Shown here piece by piece: positions 11,520 to 22,820 of a stretch of DNA of 56,333 nt (position 1 is its first letter; every line of letters begins with the position of its first letter). Both the position numbers and the translations under genes were made by a program. The DNA is taken from assembly GCF_001194135.2 (NCBI RefSeq), contig NC_069006.1:15197840-15254172 (forward strand). Reading direction: 5' to 3'. The notes below the pieces were generated by a model. It saw only the letters and a program-made list of their open reading frames with translations, did not search any database and was not told the DNA's origin. The stretch is from Octopus bimaculoides (Eukaryota).

Positions 11520-11902
11520 CTGCCCCTGTCTCGCTCCCCCTCTTTGTCTCTCCATCTCCCCCTCTCTCTGTCTTTCTCTCTCTCTCTCTCCCTCCCTTTA
11601 ATATCATTATCCTCGCCCTTCTTCCTAGTTCTACACTTACAGATATTCGGTTTTGCCAAATCCCTTCTCATTCGCTATTATTCTCTCCTCAGAACATCAC
11701 TCACTCTCAAACGCCGTCTTTTGCTCTCCTTCTGCATTCTCTCCCTACAGCTGAGTTGCTCGCAAAGACGGTAGTAAGTTAGATGAAGACGGAAATAACA
11801 TTACAGATATACATATAACAAGAGTGAGGGATTGATAGTGAAATACAGAGAGAGAGACGTGCGCTCTCTCTCTCTCTCTCTCTCTCTCATGAATATTGTT
11901 GA

Positions 11903-12245
11903 TCTCCTTCTCTCACTCATAAACTCTCTCTCTATCTCACCATCGCCTAATTCTCCTCCAGCGTCTCAGAAGCATTTCACTGACTACCTCTCTCTCTATC
12001 CTCTCTTTCACCAAGATCATTCCTCTCCTTCTCTCACTCATAAACTCTCTCTCTATCTCACCTTCGCCTAATTCTCCTCCAGCGTCTCAGAAGCATTTCA
12101 CTGACTACCTCTCTCTCTATCCTCTCTCTTTCACCAAGATCATTCCTACCCTTCTCTCAGTCATAAACTCTCTCTCTATCTCACCATCGCCTAATTCTAC
12201 ACCAATCTCACAGAAGCATTTTACTCACTGCCTCTCTCTATCTAT
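11903..12245. repeat. About 121-123-bp pyrimidine-rich tandem repeat, about 2.8 copies
   Basis: ccttctctcactcataaactctctctctatctcacc...cctaattct recurs at about 11903, 12024 and 12147. Confidence 0.85.
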
Positions 12246-12949
12246 CTATCTATCTCTCCCTCCCTCTCTCTCACTCTCCTTCAAAACACCACCAGCCTTT
12301 CCTTTCTATTGCTCTAATCTCTCCCTAGCACCCCCACTCGTTCACAGACACTCCCACCACCCCATCCAATCGCTCTTTTTCTCCATTCCTTTCCCATTTT
12401 ACGTTCTCAATCTGCCTCTTAATGCTTGTGTCCGTGTTTAGAACCAGTTCTATACCTTCATATATTGTCTTTGAAGTTGATACGTTTAATAGCAGTTCAG
12501 CACGTGTCCTCTTCTTTTATAAGCTGTCCATATGCGTAGCCTGCATACACGTGTGAGCATGTATATATATTTGTTTGTGTGTGTTTATGTATATTTTATG
12601 CAAGTATGTATATATGTGTACGCGTATATTTGTATGTATACCTATATATCAACATAGCTCTCTCTCTATATGTATATATATATAAGTATATTTCTTTCTA
12701 TATATGCATATATATATAAGAATATGTATATGTATATATGTATACATACACATGTACATACATATATATATACATATATATATATATGTGTGTGTGTGTA
12801 TACATGTATATGCTGTGTATTAGAATGCGAATGTCAAATATATATGTGTATGTATTTATGTATACGTGTATATATATATATATATCTATATATACTCTCA
12901 CACACATGTATATATATATATATATATATGTGTATGTATTTATGTATAC

Positions 12950-12987
<38 letters not shown>

Positions 12988-13969
12988 TCACAGACATGTG
13001 TATATATATAATGATATATATGTGTGCATCTATGTGCCTCTGTGTGTGTGTGTGTTTTTGAACATATGCGTACAAGAGGCGTATATAGAGAGGAAGGCTC
13101 ATATATTTTATTATTTGGCACATAAATTGTGAAAAAGGTGCCGCGGACCAATATAACACAGAGCAGGCTGGCAGGGAGGGGATGGTATCATGNNNNNNNN
13201 NNNNNNNNNNNNNNNNNNNNNNNNNNNNNNNNNNNNNNNNNNNNNNNNNNNNNNNNNNNNNNNNNNNNNNNNNNNNNNNNNNNNNNNNNNNNNNNNNNNN
13301 NNNNNNNNNNNNNNNNNNNNNNNNNNNNNNNNNNNNNNNNNNNNNNNNNNNNNNNNNNNNNNNNNNNNNNNNNNNNNNNNNNNNNNNNNNNNNNNNNNNN
13401 NNNNNNNNNNNNNNNNNNNNNNNNNNNNNNNNNNNNNNNNNNNNNNNNNNNNNNNNNNNNNNNNNNNNNNNNNNNNNNNNNNNNNNNNNNNNNNNNNNNN
13501 NNNNNNNNNNNNNNNNNNNNNNNNNNNNNNNNNNNNNNNNNNNNNNNNNNNNNNNNNNNNNNNNNNNNNNNNNNNNNNNNNNNNNNNNNNNNNNNNNNNN
13601 NNNNNNNNNNNNNNNNNNNNNNNNNNNNNNNNNNNNNNNNNNNNNNNNNNNNNNNNNNNNNNNNNNNNNNNNNNNNNNNNNNNNNNNNNNNNNNNNNNNN
13701 NNNNNNNNNNNNNNNNNNNNNNNNNNNNNNNNNNNNNNNNNNNNNNNNNNNNNNNNNNNNNNNNNNNNNNNNNNNNNNNNNNNNNNNNNNNNNNNNNNNN
13801 NNNNNNNNNNNNNNNNNNNNNNNNNNNNNNNNNNNNNNNNNNNNNNNNNNNNNNNNNNNNNNNNNNNNNNNNNNNNNNNNNNNNNNNNNNNNNNNNNNNN
13901 NNNNNNNNNNNNNNNNNNNNNNNNNNNNNNNNNNNNNNNNNNNNNNNNNNNNNNNNNNNNNNNNNNNNN

Positions 13970-14026
<57 letters not shown>

Positions 14027-14276
14027 GTATATGTACACACATAAGTGTGTGTGTGTGTATATGTACACACATAAGTGTGTGTGTGTGTATATATACACAC
14101 ATAAGTGTGTGTGNNNNNNNNNNGTGTGTGTGTGTGTGTGTGTGTGTGGTGGTTTGAGGGGATTTATTACTCGAGTGATGTTTGTGTGGGTATGATTTCG
14201 AGATACGGATGTGTTGCATTGCAGCAGTTATGCAGTTATAGTCCTCTCTGTGTTATTGCATTTGCGAGTTTGATGC

Positions 14277-14339
<63 letters not shown>

Positions 14340-15138
14340 NNNNNNNNNNNNNNNNNNNNNNNNNNNNNNNNNNNNNNNNNNNNNNNNNNNNNNNNNNNNN
14401 NNNNNNNNNNNNNNNNNNNNNNNNNNNNNNNNNNNNNNNNNNNNNNNNNNNNNNNNNNNNNNNNNNNNNNNNNNNNNNNNNNNNNNNNNNNNNNNNNNNN
14501 NNNNNNNNNNNNNNNNNNNNNNNNNNNNNNNNNNNNNNNNNNNNNNNNNNNNNNNNNNNNNNNNNNNNNNNNNNNNNNNNNNNNNNNNNNNNNNNNNNNN
14601 NNNNNNNNNNNNNNNNNNNNNNNNNNNNNNNNNNNNNNNNNNNNNNNNNNNNNNNNNNNNNNNNNNNNNNNNNNNNNNNNNNNNNNNNNNNNNNNNNNNN
14701 NNNNNNNNNNNNNNNNNNNNNNNNNNNNNNNNNNNNNNNNNNNNNNNNNNNNNNNNNNNNNNNNNNNNNNNNNNNNNNNNNNNNNNNNNNNNNNNNNNNN
14801 NNNNNNNNNNNNNNNNNNNNNNNNNNNNNNNNNNNNNNNNNNNNNNNNNNNNNNNNNNNNNNNNNNNNNNNNNNNNNNNNNNNNNNNNNNNNNNNNNNNN
14901 NNNNNNNNNNNNNNNNNNNNNNNNNNNNNNNNNNNNNNNNNNNNNNNNNNNNNNNNNNNNNNNNNNNNNNNNNNNNNNNNNNNNNNNNNNNNNNNNNNNN
15001 NNNNNNNNNNNNNNNNNNNNNNNNNNNNNNNNNNNNNNNNNNNNNNNNNNNNNNNNNNNNNNNNNNNNNNNNNNNNNNNNNNNNNNNNNNNNNNNNNNNN
15101 NNNNNNNNNNNNNNNNNNNNNNNNNNNNNNNNNNNNNN

Positions 15139-15201
<63 letters not shown>

Positions 15202-15499
15202 GTACATACGTTATATGTATCTTTTCTTTTCTCTCTCACTTGGTTCAGACACTGGACTGTGACCATTCTAGAAGTGACCGCCTTGATGGGTTTTAGCCGA
15301 ACAGATCAAGCTAAGCACTTGTTTATTTCGTCTGATACTTATTGCTTAATTCTGTTTAGACGAAATGCCTAGTTATTGAGACGTAAACAACCGAACACTG
15401 GTTTTCAGGCAGTTACGTGGGGGGGGGGATACAAGCATACACACGCACCCACACACGTCTCCGAAATTTACTTGCAAAGCATTGATCGGTCCGGGATTA

Positions 15500-15601
15500 T
15501 AGCAGAAAACACTTGCCCAACGAGTCGCCGAGTGGAATTGAACCTAAAGCTACGTGGCTGCAAAGCGAGCTACTTAGTCTCACAGCTATACCTGCACCTA
15601 T
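15500..15601 (-). mobile_element. SINE family B head fragment
   Basis: Reverse complement reads ataggtgcaggtatagctgtgag...ggttcaattccac...gttgggcaagtgttttct. Confidence 0.6.
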
Positions 15602-15629
15602 TTATGTTGTGTGGGGGGTGGAGTGAGTG

Positions 15630-15832
15630 TTGTACTCCGTCAGTTACTACGTCGAGGGTTCTTTCTAATCGATTCGATCAACGATACAGCTTGTTCGTAA
15701 AATTAACGTGCAAGTGGCTGAGTACTGCACAGACGTATTCAGTGTGTCACAGAGTGTGACAAGGCTGGCCGTTTTAATTACAGGTACAGCTCATTTTTTT
15801 TCAGCTGAGTGAATTGGATCAACGTGAAATAA
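15630..15832 (-). mobile_element. SINE family E fragment (shared D/E 3' half, internally deleted)
   Basis: aattaacgtgcaagtggctgag...gtgtgacaaggctgg...acaggtacagctcatttt...cagctgagtgaattggatcaacgtgaaataa. Confidence 0.75.
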
Positions 15833-15834
15833 CG

Positions 15835-15995
15835 AGTCTGTGGAGTGCTCAGCCACTTGCAGGCTGTTCCGTTGATCGGACCAACTGGAACCCTCGACGT
15901 CGTAAGTGACGGAGTGCCAACAACTTCAACCATGCGGCTCTGGGTTCAGTTCCAATGCGTGACACGTTGGGCAAGTGTCTTCTACGATAGTGACT
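15835..15995 (+). mobile_element. D/E SINE 3' fragment followed by a family B fragment
   Basis: gtctgtggagtgctcagccacttgca...gacggagtgccaacaac, then ctgggttcagttcc...ttgggcaagtgtcttctac. Confidence 0.7.
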
Positions 15996-16464
15996 AAAAC
16001 AAGTTTTAAAACGGATAGAGGTTACTCAGAATGGCGTCTGAATGAAGTCGTTTCTTTGGCTAACCTGGGCTTTTTGTATACATGTCATTCAGGAGACTTT
16101 TATACTAAGGTAGATAACTGGTTTGAAATAATGGCTGTCGGTAGAAATCGCTCCTCAACACTCTTCATTCTCTCTCTCAGTTAGAGAGTGAGAGAGAGAG
16201 TGAGTGAAAGTGAGAGAGACGTGTTTAGGTGTCTTTATGTTTGTGTTTATACCGCCACCATCACTTGGCAGCCAGTGCTGTTTTTTTTTTAATGCTGAAC
16301 GCCCTCGTAACCTATCGGTTCAGAAAAAGCGACCGATACATTAAGTACGACACTCTGTCCTTCACGGTGTGCTCCAGTCCAATGAGTGAAAGAAGTAAAA
16401 GATATTGTAAAAGAAACATTTCTTATGTTCAACGTGTTGGCAGGAACATGGGATAGTTTAAAGC

Positions 16465-17285
16465 TTGACGTTACTCAAAAATACAATGGCTACCACGAAT
16501 ATTATGCAGTTTTGCCTTTACAGTGATACTTCAATTTATCGTCGGATGTTTTCTACTCTATGCTTCAGATACCGTATTGATTTGCCTCATCCGAAAAAGA
16601 AAGAAGGAAATACGATAGTCACAAACATGAAAATAGTAAATTTTCTAGATAAAACATTTGATCTAAACACAGGCAAATACCAACATTACAAGAAAAAAAA
16701 CAGCTATAAAAACACACAGAATAAGGAGTCTAACCACTCTCCCATAATTATAAAATATATCACAGGTAATATCAATAGACGAATATTTAATCTATCACAT
16801 AAGAAAACATTTAATAAAGCTGCCCCATACTTAACAGCGGTTTCAGTGAGTGAATTTATAGAACAAGCCACCAAAAGTACTAAAACACAGAACAAGAAAA
16901 TGTAAGAAATAATACAGGGGAAAACGTCTGCCAAAATAACAAAGCAATTCTTTTCATGAATACGCACTTCCCCACTTCACATAGCTATCATAAAATATTA
17001 AATAAAAATTCTCTTAAAGTCGGCTACAGTTATTTGGACAGCATAGAACCACAACTCATGAACCATTATCAAAAACCCCAGAAGCACTTTACAACCAACT
17101 CATCGTGAATACTGGTGTAGAAATATAAACAGCTTCACCTTTCACAGAAAAATACTGTGAACGTACTACAATATAAATCTAGCGTAAACTTGAAGATTGT
17201 ACGGAAACCACACATACAGGATGAACTGAAAGGAACCTCAAGTCTCAGTGTACACAGAATATTAATTCATTCAAGTATAGTGTAT
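16465..17285 (+). pseudogene. Decayed Penelope-like element (RT C-terminus, thumb, GIY-YIG)
   Basis: TNMKIVNFLDKTFDLNTGKYQ..K...NKESNHSPIII...INRRIFNLS...FNKAAPY; then HFP.SH.YHKILNKNSLKVGYSY; then a degenerate CRN...TERNLKS...NSFKY. Confidence 0.75.
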
Positions 17286-17711
17286 TTCGTTTTCTAGCTA
17301 TCTATCTATCTGTCTGTCTGTCTATCTATCTATTAATCAATCTATCTATCTTCGTAACTAAGCATAATTAAGGGATCAGCAACAGTTGCTTCACCACATA
17401 CCGAAGTTCAGAAATAGCAGCTGAAGTGCTAAAACTCCAACAGATAGCAGTACTGCTTAATTATGTTTATATATTTACAAGAACTTTTAAATAATTCCTT
17501 CACCGATAATGGTGTTTACATACCGAAGTGCTTGGTAAAAACTATTAATTCATTAATAAATTAATATTCCTTTACCCTTTTATTTGTAATATCTTCGTAA
17601 CTAGTTAGGTTTTTAATTAGGTCTTCCTCTCTCTATCTTTTCTTCTTTAAATTACTTTCTCACGCTTTCTCTATCCCTATCTCTCACTGTTTCTTTATCT
17701 CCCTCACTCAC

Positions 17712-17742
<31 letters not shown>

Positions 17743-18151
17743 NNNNNNNNNNNNNNNNNNNNNNNNNNNNNNNNNNNNNNNNNNNNNNNNNNNNNNNNNN
17801 NNNNNNNNNNNNNNNNNNNNNNNNNNNNNNNNNNNNNNNNNNNNNNNNNNNNNNNNNNNNNNNNNNNNNNNNNNNNNNNNNNNNNNNNNNNNNNNNNNNN
17901 NNNNNNNNNNNNNNNNNNNNNNNNNNNNNNNNNNNNNNNNNNNNNNNNNNNNNNNNNNNNNNNNNNNNNNNNNNNNNNNNNNNNNNNNNNNNNNNNNNNN
18001 NNNNNNNNNNNNNNNNNNNNNNNNNNNNNNNNNNNNNNNNNNNNNNNNNNNNNNNNNNNNNNNNNNNNNNNNNNNNNNNNNNNNNNNNNNNNNNNNNNNN
18101 NNNNNNNNNNNNNNNNNNNNNNNNNNNNNNNNNNNNNNNNNNNNNNNNNNN

Positions 18152-18205
<54 letters not shown>

Positions 18206-18259
18206 TTTTCAGTCTTCTTCTCACAACGCTTCGGGCTGTCTGAAGCAACAGAAAAACAC

Positions 18260-18345
18260 GCTCACACAAGATGCCGCAGCTTTGGACTGAACCTAAGATC
18301 AAATAGTTGGAATGCAAGCTTCTTAGCCACACAGCTACGCCTGAG
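18260..18345 (-). mobile_element. SINE family B head fragment
   Basis: Reverse complement reads caggcgtagctgtgtggctaagaagcttgc...ggttcagtcc. Confidence 0.55.
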
Positions 18346-18806
18346 CCGGCGTCTTTTGCTCATATGTCTGTTTGATCAAGGTTGACTTAGGGTTAAATAA
18401 CAATAACAACAAGACCAGCCATGTAATTTGCATTCGATTGTTTTATGCCCCGATCAAAGAAATATCAATTACATTATTAGTTAATCATATTTAGGTTTTC
18501 TCTGGAACACAGGCACATACTGAGTGATCATTAGTGTGTAATTAGTTTATAGGATTGTTAATTATAAGTACAAATACAAAAACGCACAAACTCGCACAAA
18601 TACAAACATGTGTATATCTAAATAACATCAAAGATATACAAATATGTATAAATAAGCATATATATAACCATATACAACACACACGCACACACACACATAC
18701 ACACACACATACACACACACATACACACACACATACACACACACATATATGCATAAATGTGTCTACTTGTATACACATACACACTCATACACACACGCAT
18801 ATGTAC

Positions 18807-18852
<46 letters not shown>

Positions 18853-18956
18853 ACATATATGTATTGCATATTTACAGACACATGTACATGTTTATGCATA
18901 AACATACAGATATAACTTGATATATGTATATATATATATGTGTATATACATATAGC

Positions 18957-19000
<44 letters not shown>

Positions 19001-19929
19001 GATATGTACGTGTGTATATGTATGTATATATATGTATATATGTATATGTGTGTAATATATAAATATACATATATATATACATAGAGAGAAAAAGATAAGG
19101 AGAAGAAATATATATATATTTATACAAACACAACGGTATGTATGTATGTATGTGTGTGTGTGTCTATCTATGCATGAGTATGTACTCTAACAAAGATGCC
19201 CAAGTGGACCCAAGAGTATATTTACACTTAGTTAATGTGAGGTTGGTTTTAACTATTAGTTAATTTTCTTTGTTTTGTTTGGCTTTTTTTCCCTCATTGC
19301 TCACTTGTTTTATATTTCTTTTCTGCAGCCATTTTCTTGTCTTTATTTATTTTCTATAATTTCGTTCTTGATATTTTTTAGCTTTGATATTCGTTTTTAT
19401 GCATCTGTAGTTTTCCAGCGGTCTTGAATTCTATTTGTATTTCTTGTTTATTTTATTTTCATATTTGTTTTTTATTGTTGTTGCTGTTGTTCGTGTTCGT
19501 GACAATTTTGATGATGGTCACTGTACTGAGGTGTTTTAACGATGGCGTTGGTGATGGTGAGGAGGCTGATGCTACGCTCCATGAGAATAATATTGATAAT
19601 GGAGGACACGATGATGATGATTGCTGCGGTGGTGGTTGTGATGAAGATGATGATGATAAAGGACACGGTGATGATGTTGGTTACGATGGTAATGTTAGTG
19701 GTGGAGATGATAATGATGATGATGACCACATCGACGTCGTTGGCGACGACGAAGATTTTAACGATGAGGATGAAGGTTTTGATGATGACGAAGATGTGCA
19801 CCATCATCACCGTCATCATCATTATATCCTCATCTATCTGTTCGTCTATACGTTCGTTGTACACATATTCTTTGCAAGCTCTGCATCACGTCTATATGAT
19901 GTACATTTTCTGTTTAGTTCGCCATAACT

Positions 19930-20320
19930 TTTGTTTGTTGGCACTCCGTCGCTTACGACGTCGAGGTTTCCAGTTGATCCGATCAATGGAAGAAGCCTGC
20001 TCGTGAAATTAACGTGCAAGTGGCTGAGCACTCCACAGACACGTGTACCCTTAACGTAGTTCTCGGGGATATTCAGCGTGACACAGTGTGTGACAAGGCT
20101 GACCCTTTGAATTACAGGCACAGCAGAAACAGGAAGTAAGAGTGAGAGAAAGTTGTGGTGAAAGAGTACAACAGGGTTCGCCACCATCACCTGACGGAGC
20201 CCCGTGGAGCTTTAGGCGTTTTCGCTCAATAAACACTCACAATGCCTGGTCTGGGAATGGAAACCGCGATCCTATGACCGCGAGTCCGCTGCCCTAACCA
20301 CTGGGCCATTGCACCTCCAC
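19930..20320 (-). mobile_element. SINE family D, full length and young
   Basis: A-box TGGCCCAGTGGTTAGG, B-box-like GGTTTCCATTCC, complete body, (CAAA)-type tail. Perfect 11-bp TSD TCGCCATAACT (19919-19929 and 20321-20331). Confidence 0.95.
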
Positions 20321-20463
20321 TCGCCATAACTAGAAGCAGAGGAAAATATGAACATAAATATCAGTTGTTATGCTAAAGTATATGTTGTGTCGACGCCCCC
20401 AGACGATGAAGTAGGCTAGCCCAATACGTAGATGTAGAGAGAGAAGTCTAGACGTCGAGGACT

Positions 20464-20783
20464 TGTTGGTGGAGTTCGAACACCTACCACCAGTAGTTGA
20501 GCTAAAAGACTTGGAGCCTTTCATGAGGTATTAAAAAGAAGAAAAAATAAAACAGTAAGTAAAATTGTTTTGTTGATAAGAAAAGGAAAAGCAAAGAAAA
20601 AAAGGAACAAAAAAGAGAAAAAATAACGTAAAAGTATTTAATGGAAAAAAAGAGAGAAAAAGAAAGATGATTAAGAAAAAAAAAGAACTAATGAAAAATT
20701 GAACGATTGTAAATAGTGTATATAAACGTTCAAATGGTACTGCATGGGAGTGGGGCGCATGCAGCCATTTCATTTCTTCATTT
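20464..20783 (+). repeat. Left direct repeat of the gag-only element
   Basis: Aligns to 22355-22619 with 2 substitutions in the first 77 bp and 1 in the last about 90 bp; indels fall in the A-rich middle. Confidence 0.95.
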
Positions 20784-21038
20784 TTATATAACATCTCATT
20801 CTCATTCGTTTTATGCTTTTTGTCCTCATTGTAGTCTTGTGTCAGTCTTTGTAGTGTACCCTCCGTGTTGTGGCAGTAGTGCCAAATAAAGAAATAGGAG
20901 TTGAGTAGAGGTTTTTCTGTTAATAACGGAGTTTTTTTATCGTAGGTCAGTGTGTTAAATATTTGTTTCTTAATTATCACTGTTCGAATTGTTGGAATTG
21001 TTGTTTTATTTTTTCTCTTCTCATTGGTGGGGGAGGGG

Positions 21039-22328
21039 ATGGAGAAAACGCCAGTGGGTGGCCACAGTTATGCGGCCGCAACTGGAAAAGGAATAGAAGA
21101 GGAAACTTTGGAAATAACTGAAATTAAGGTAGAACCAAAGAAAATGAAGGAATGTGAGAGGTTGCTGGAGAAAGTAGGAGATACGTTATTGAAGTTATCG
21201 CCGCCTGCAGAACTGACAAGCAACGTAACAAAAAGAACAATGGTATTCAAGACAATGAAAATTGCAACGAGAAAGATTGAGATTGCGACAGTGGAGGACA
21301 TTGAGGAATGTTTAAAAGGTATAAAAAATCTAACATTTATAATAAGAGGAAGGAAGTATGCCACCGTGGAGGTACGCTTTGCGACAGAGGAAGAAGCAAT
21401 TAAACACTCGACGGAGGCAATAAGATCGGAGGAGTGGGTGCTTTTGCCTTCATACTGTGGTAAACGTGTGACCTGAGTACGAATAGGAAAAGCACACTCA
21501 GAACTAAAAGAAACCTGGCTGATGACAGCCATAATGTTCTACATGAAGGATGAGGCCAAAATATTGAAGGTCACAAGGACACAAAGAGTTAATTACAGGG
21601 GATACGAGATTGAGCTCACTATCCAGGCAACAATAGAAGGCTTAAATCGAATTGTTGAGGAGATTGTGCTGCCTGACGACTTGAGAGTGATAGTGGAGGA
21701 CAGGCCACCTATATGTTTTGCATGTGTGAAGAAAAGCCACATGAAGGCGAGGTTCCCACAGAGAGAACAGACGGAGAAGCGGGAGAGTGCGAACCAGGTA
21801 GTACAGGTGGAGACGGAAGAAGAAACAGCGGAGGAGGGATTCACGGTGGTGGAAAGAAAAAGTGGAAGAGCGAGCCCGCCGCCAGAGAACCAGAAAAAGA
21901 AGAAGGAAGAGGTGGAAATGAAAGCCGCGGCCAGAAGGAAGGCAGACAAAAGGGTGGTGGAGAAAGAAAGTGGAAAAGTAATTGGAAAAGTGTGCGAGAA
22001 GGAGTTACAGAAGGAGGAAACAGTGTTAAAGACGCCGGTTATCCCAGCGAAGGAAAAAGATTCAGGAGTGCAACTGTACGAGGGTGAAATGGAGAGATTG
22101 TTCAGAGTTGAAAAGGAAAAGGTACCAGAAGTGGAAGAAGACAAGAGAAAAGCAAGAGGAAAAAATAAATGGAATTTCGTAACATATGCCAAAAGCAAAG
22201 AGACAGAAAGAAACATTTTTAAATTCAAGCATACCATTAGAGTAAGGTTACCCACGGGTATATATTCCGAAAACGTGAAGGCCATTGTGGTCGACAAAGA
22301 CACATACAAGAGATTGAAAGACATGTGA
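21039..22328 (+). pseudogene. LINE ORF1/gag-like nucleic-acid-binding protein (Tx1/L1-type), 429 codons, one in-frame stop
   Basis: ORFs 20952..21476 and 21522..22328 share one frame, separated by a single TGA at 21474 (plausibly from CGA). SYAAA motif, RRM-like VEVRFATEEEA, degenerate zinc knuckle RPPICFACVKKSHMKARFP (CX2CX4HX4C with the last C changed to F), charged K/E-rich tail. Confidence 0.75.
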
Positions 22329-22354
22329 GGAGACGGGATTGACCCCGCCCGGAG

Positions 22355-22619
22355 TGTTGGTGGAGTTCGAACACCTGCCACCAGTAATTGAGCTAAAAGA
22401 CTTGGAGCCTTTCATGAGGTATTAAAAAGAAAAGAAACAGTAAGTAAAATTGTTTTGTTGAGAAAAAAAGTAAAAGTGTTTCATGGAAAAAAGAGAGAAA
22501 ATAAAATGATGATTAAGAAAAAAACGATGCAAAATTGAACGATTGTAAATAGTGTATATAAACGTTCAAATGGTACTGCATGAGAGTGGGGCGCATGCAG
22601 CCATTTCATTTCTTCATTT
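22355..22619 (+). repeat. Right direct repeat of the gag-only element (3' UTR-like)
   Basis: Starts 26 nt after the ORF stop and ends in a hairpin plus a CATTT/CATTTCTT tail. Confidence 0.95.
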
Positions 22620-22629
22620 CATTTCTTCC

Positions 22630-22820
22630 CTACAGAGAATCGAACTCCGTAACTGTTTTCTCAATTATTCTCCTGCTTCCGAGATTTCTTTAATTTCTGA
22701 GATTATTTCAACTCACTCGGCGCTTCAACGTTTGTTCATTCGTAAAATATTTATGTCTTTGTCTAGAGTAAAGCTATTCCTGACAGTTTTAACCATTCGC
22801 AGCACACCAATCGCTTGATA
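22630..22820 (-). pseudogene. Possible RTE RT fragment
   Basis: QAIGVLRMVKTVRNSFTLDKDINI resembles the AIGxLRx...ER...KDVY segment before RT motif 3; weak match. Confidence 0.3.

Noticed and set aside
11257-11570. 107-bp direct duplication on either side of a 97-N gap
   Set aside because: Near-identical sequence on both sides of a gap indicates unmerged contig overlap.
19424-20006. Asp/Gly/His-rich ORF and overlapping Met/Val-rich ORF
   Set aside because: Degenerate (GAT/GGT)n repeat open in several frames; the second ORF runs into a SINE.
21068-22381. Long antisense ORFs 21068..21532 and 21593..22381
   Set aside because: Shadow frames of the purine-rich gag-like ORF; S/F-rich with no motifs.
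20464-22619. Canonical LTR retrotransposon or TRIM call for the gag element
   Set aside because: The repeats start with TG but I found no TSD, primer-binding site or polypurine tract, and the ORF and tail look LINE-like. Left as an open alternative rather than a call.
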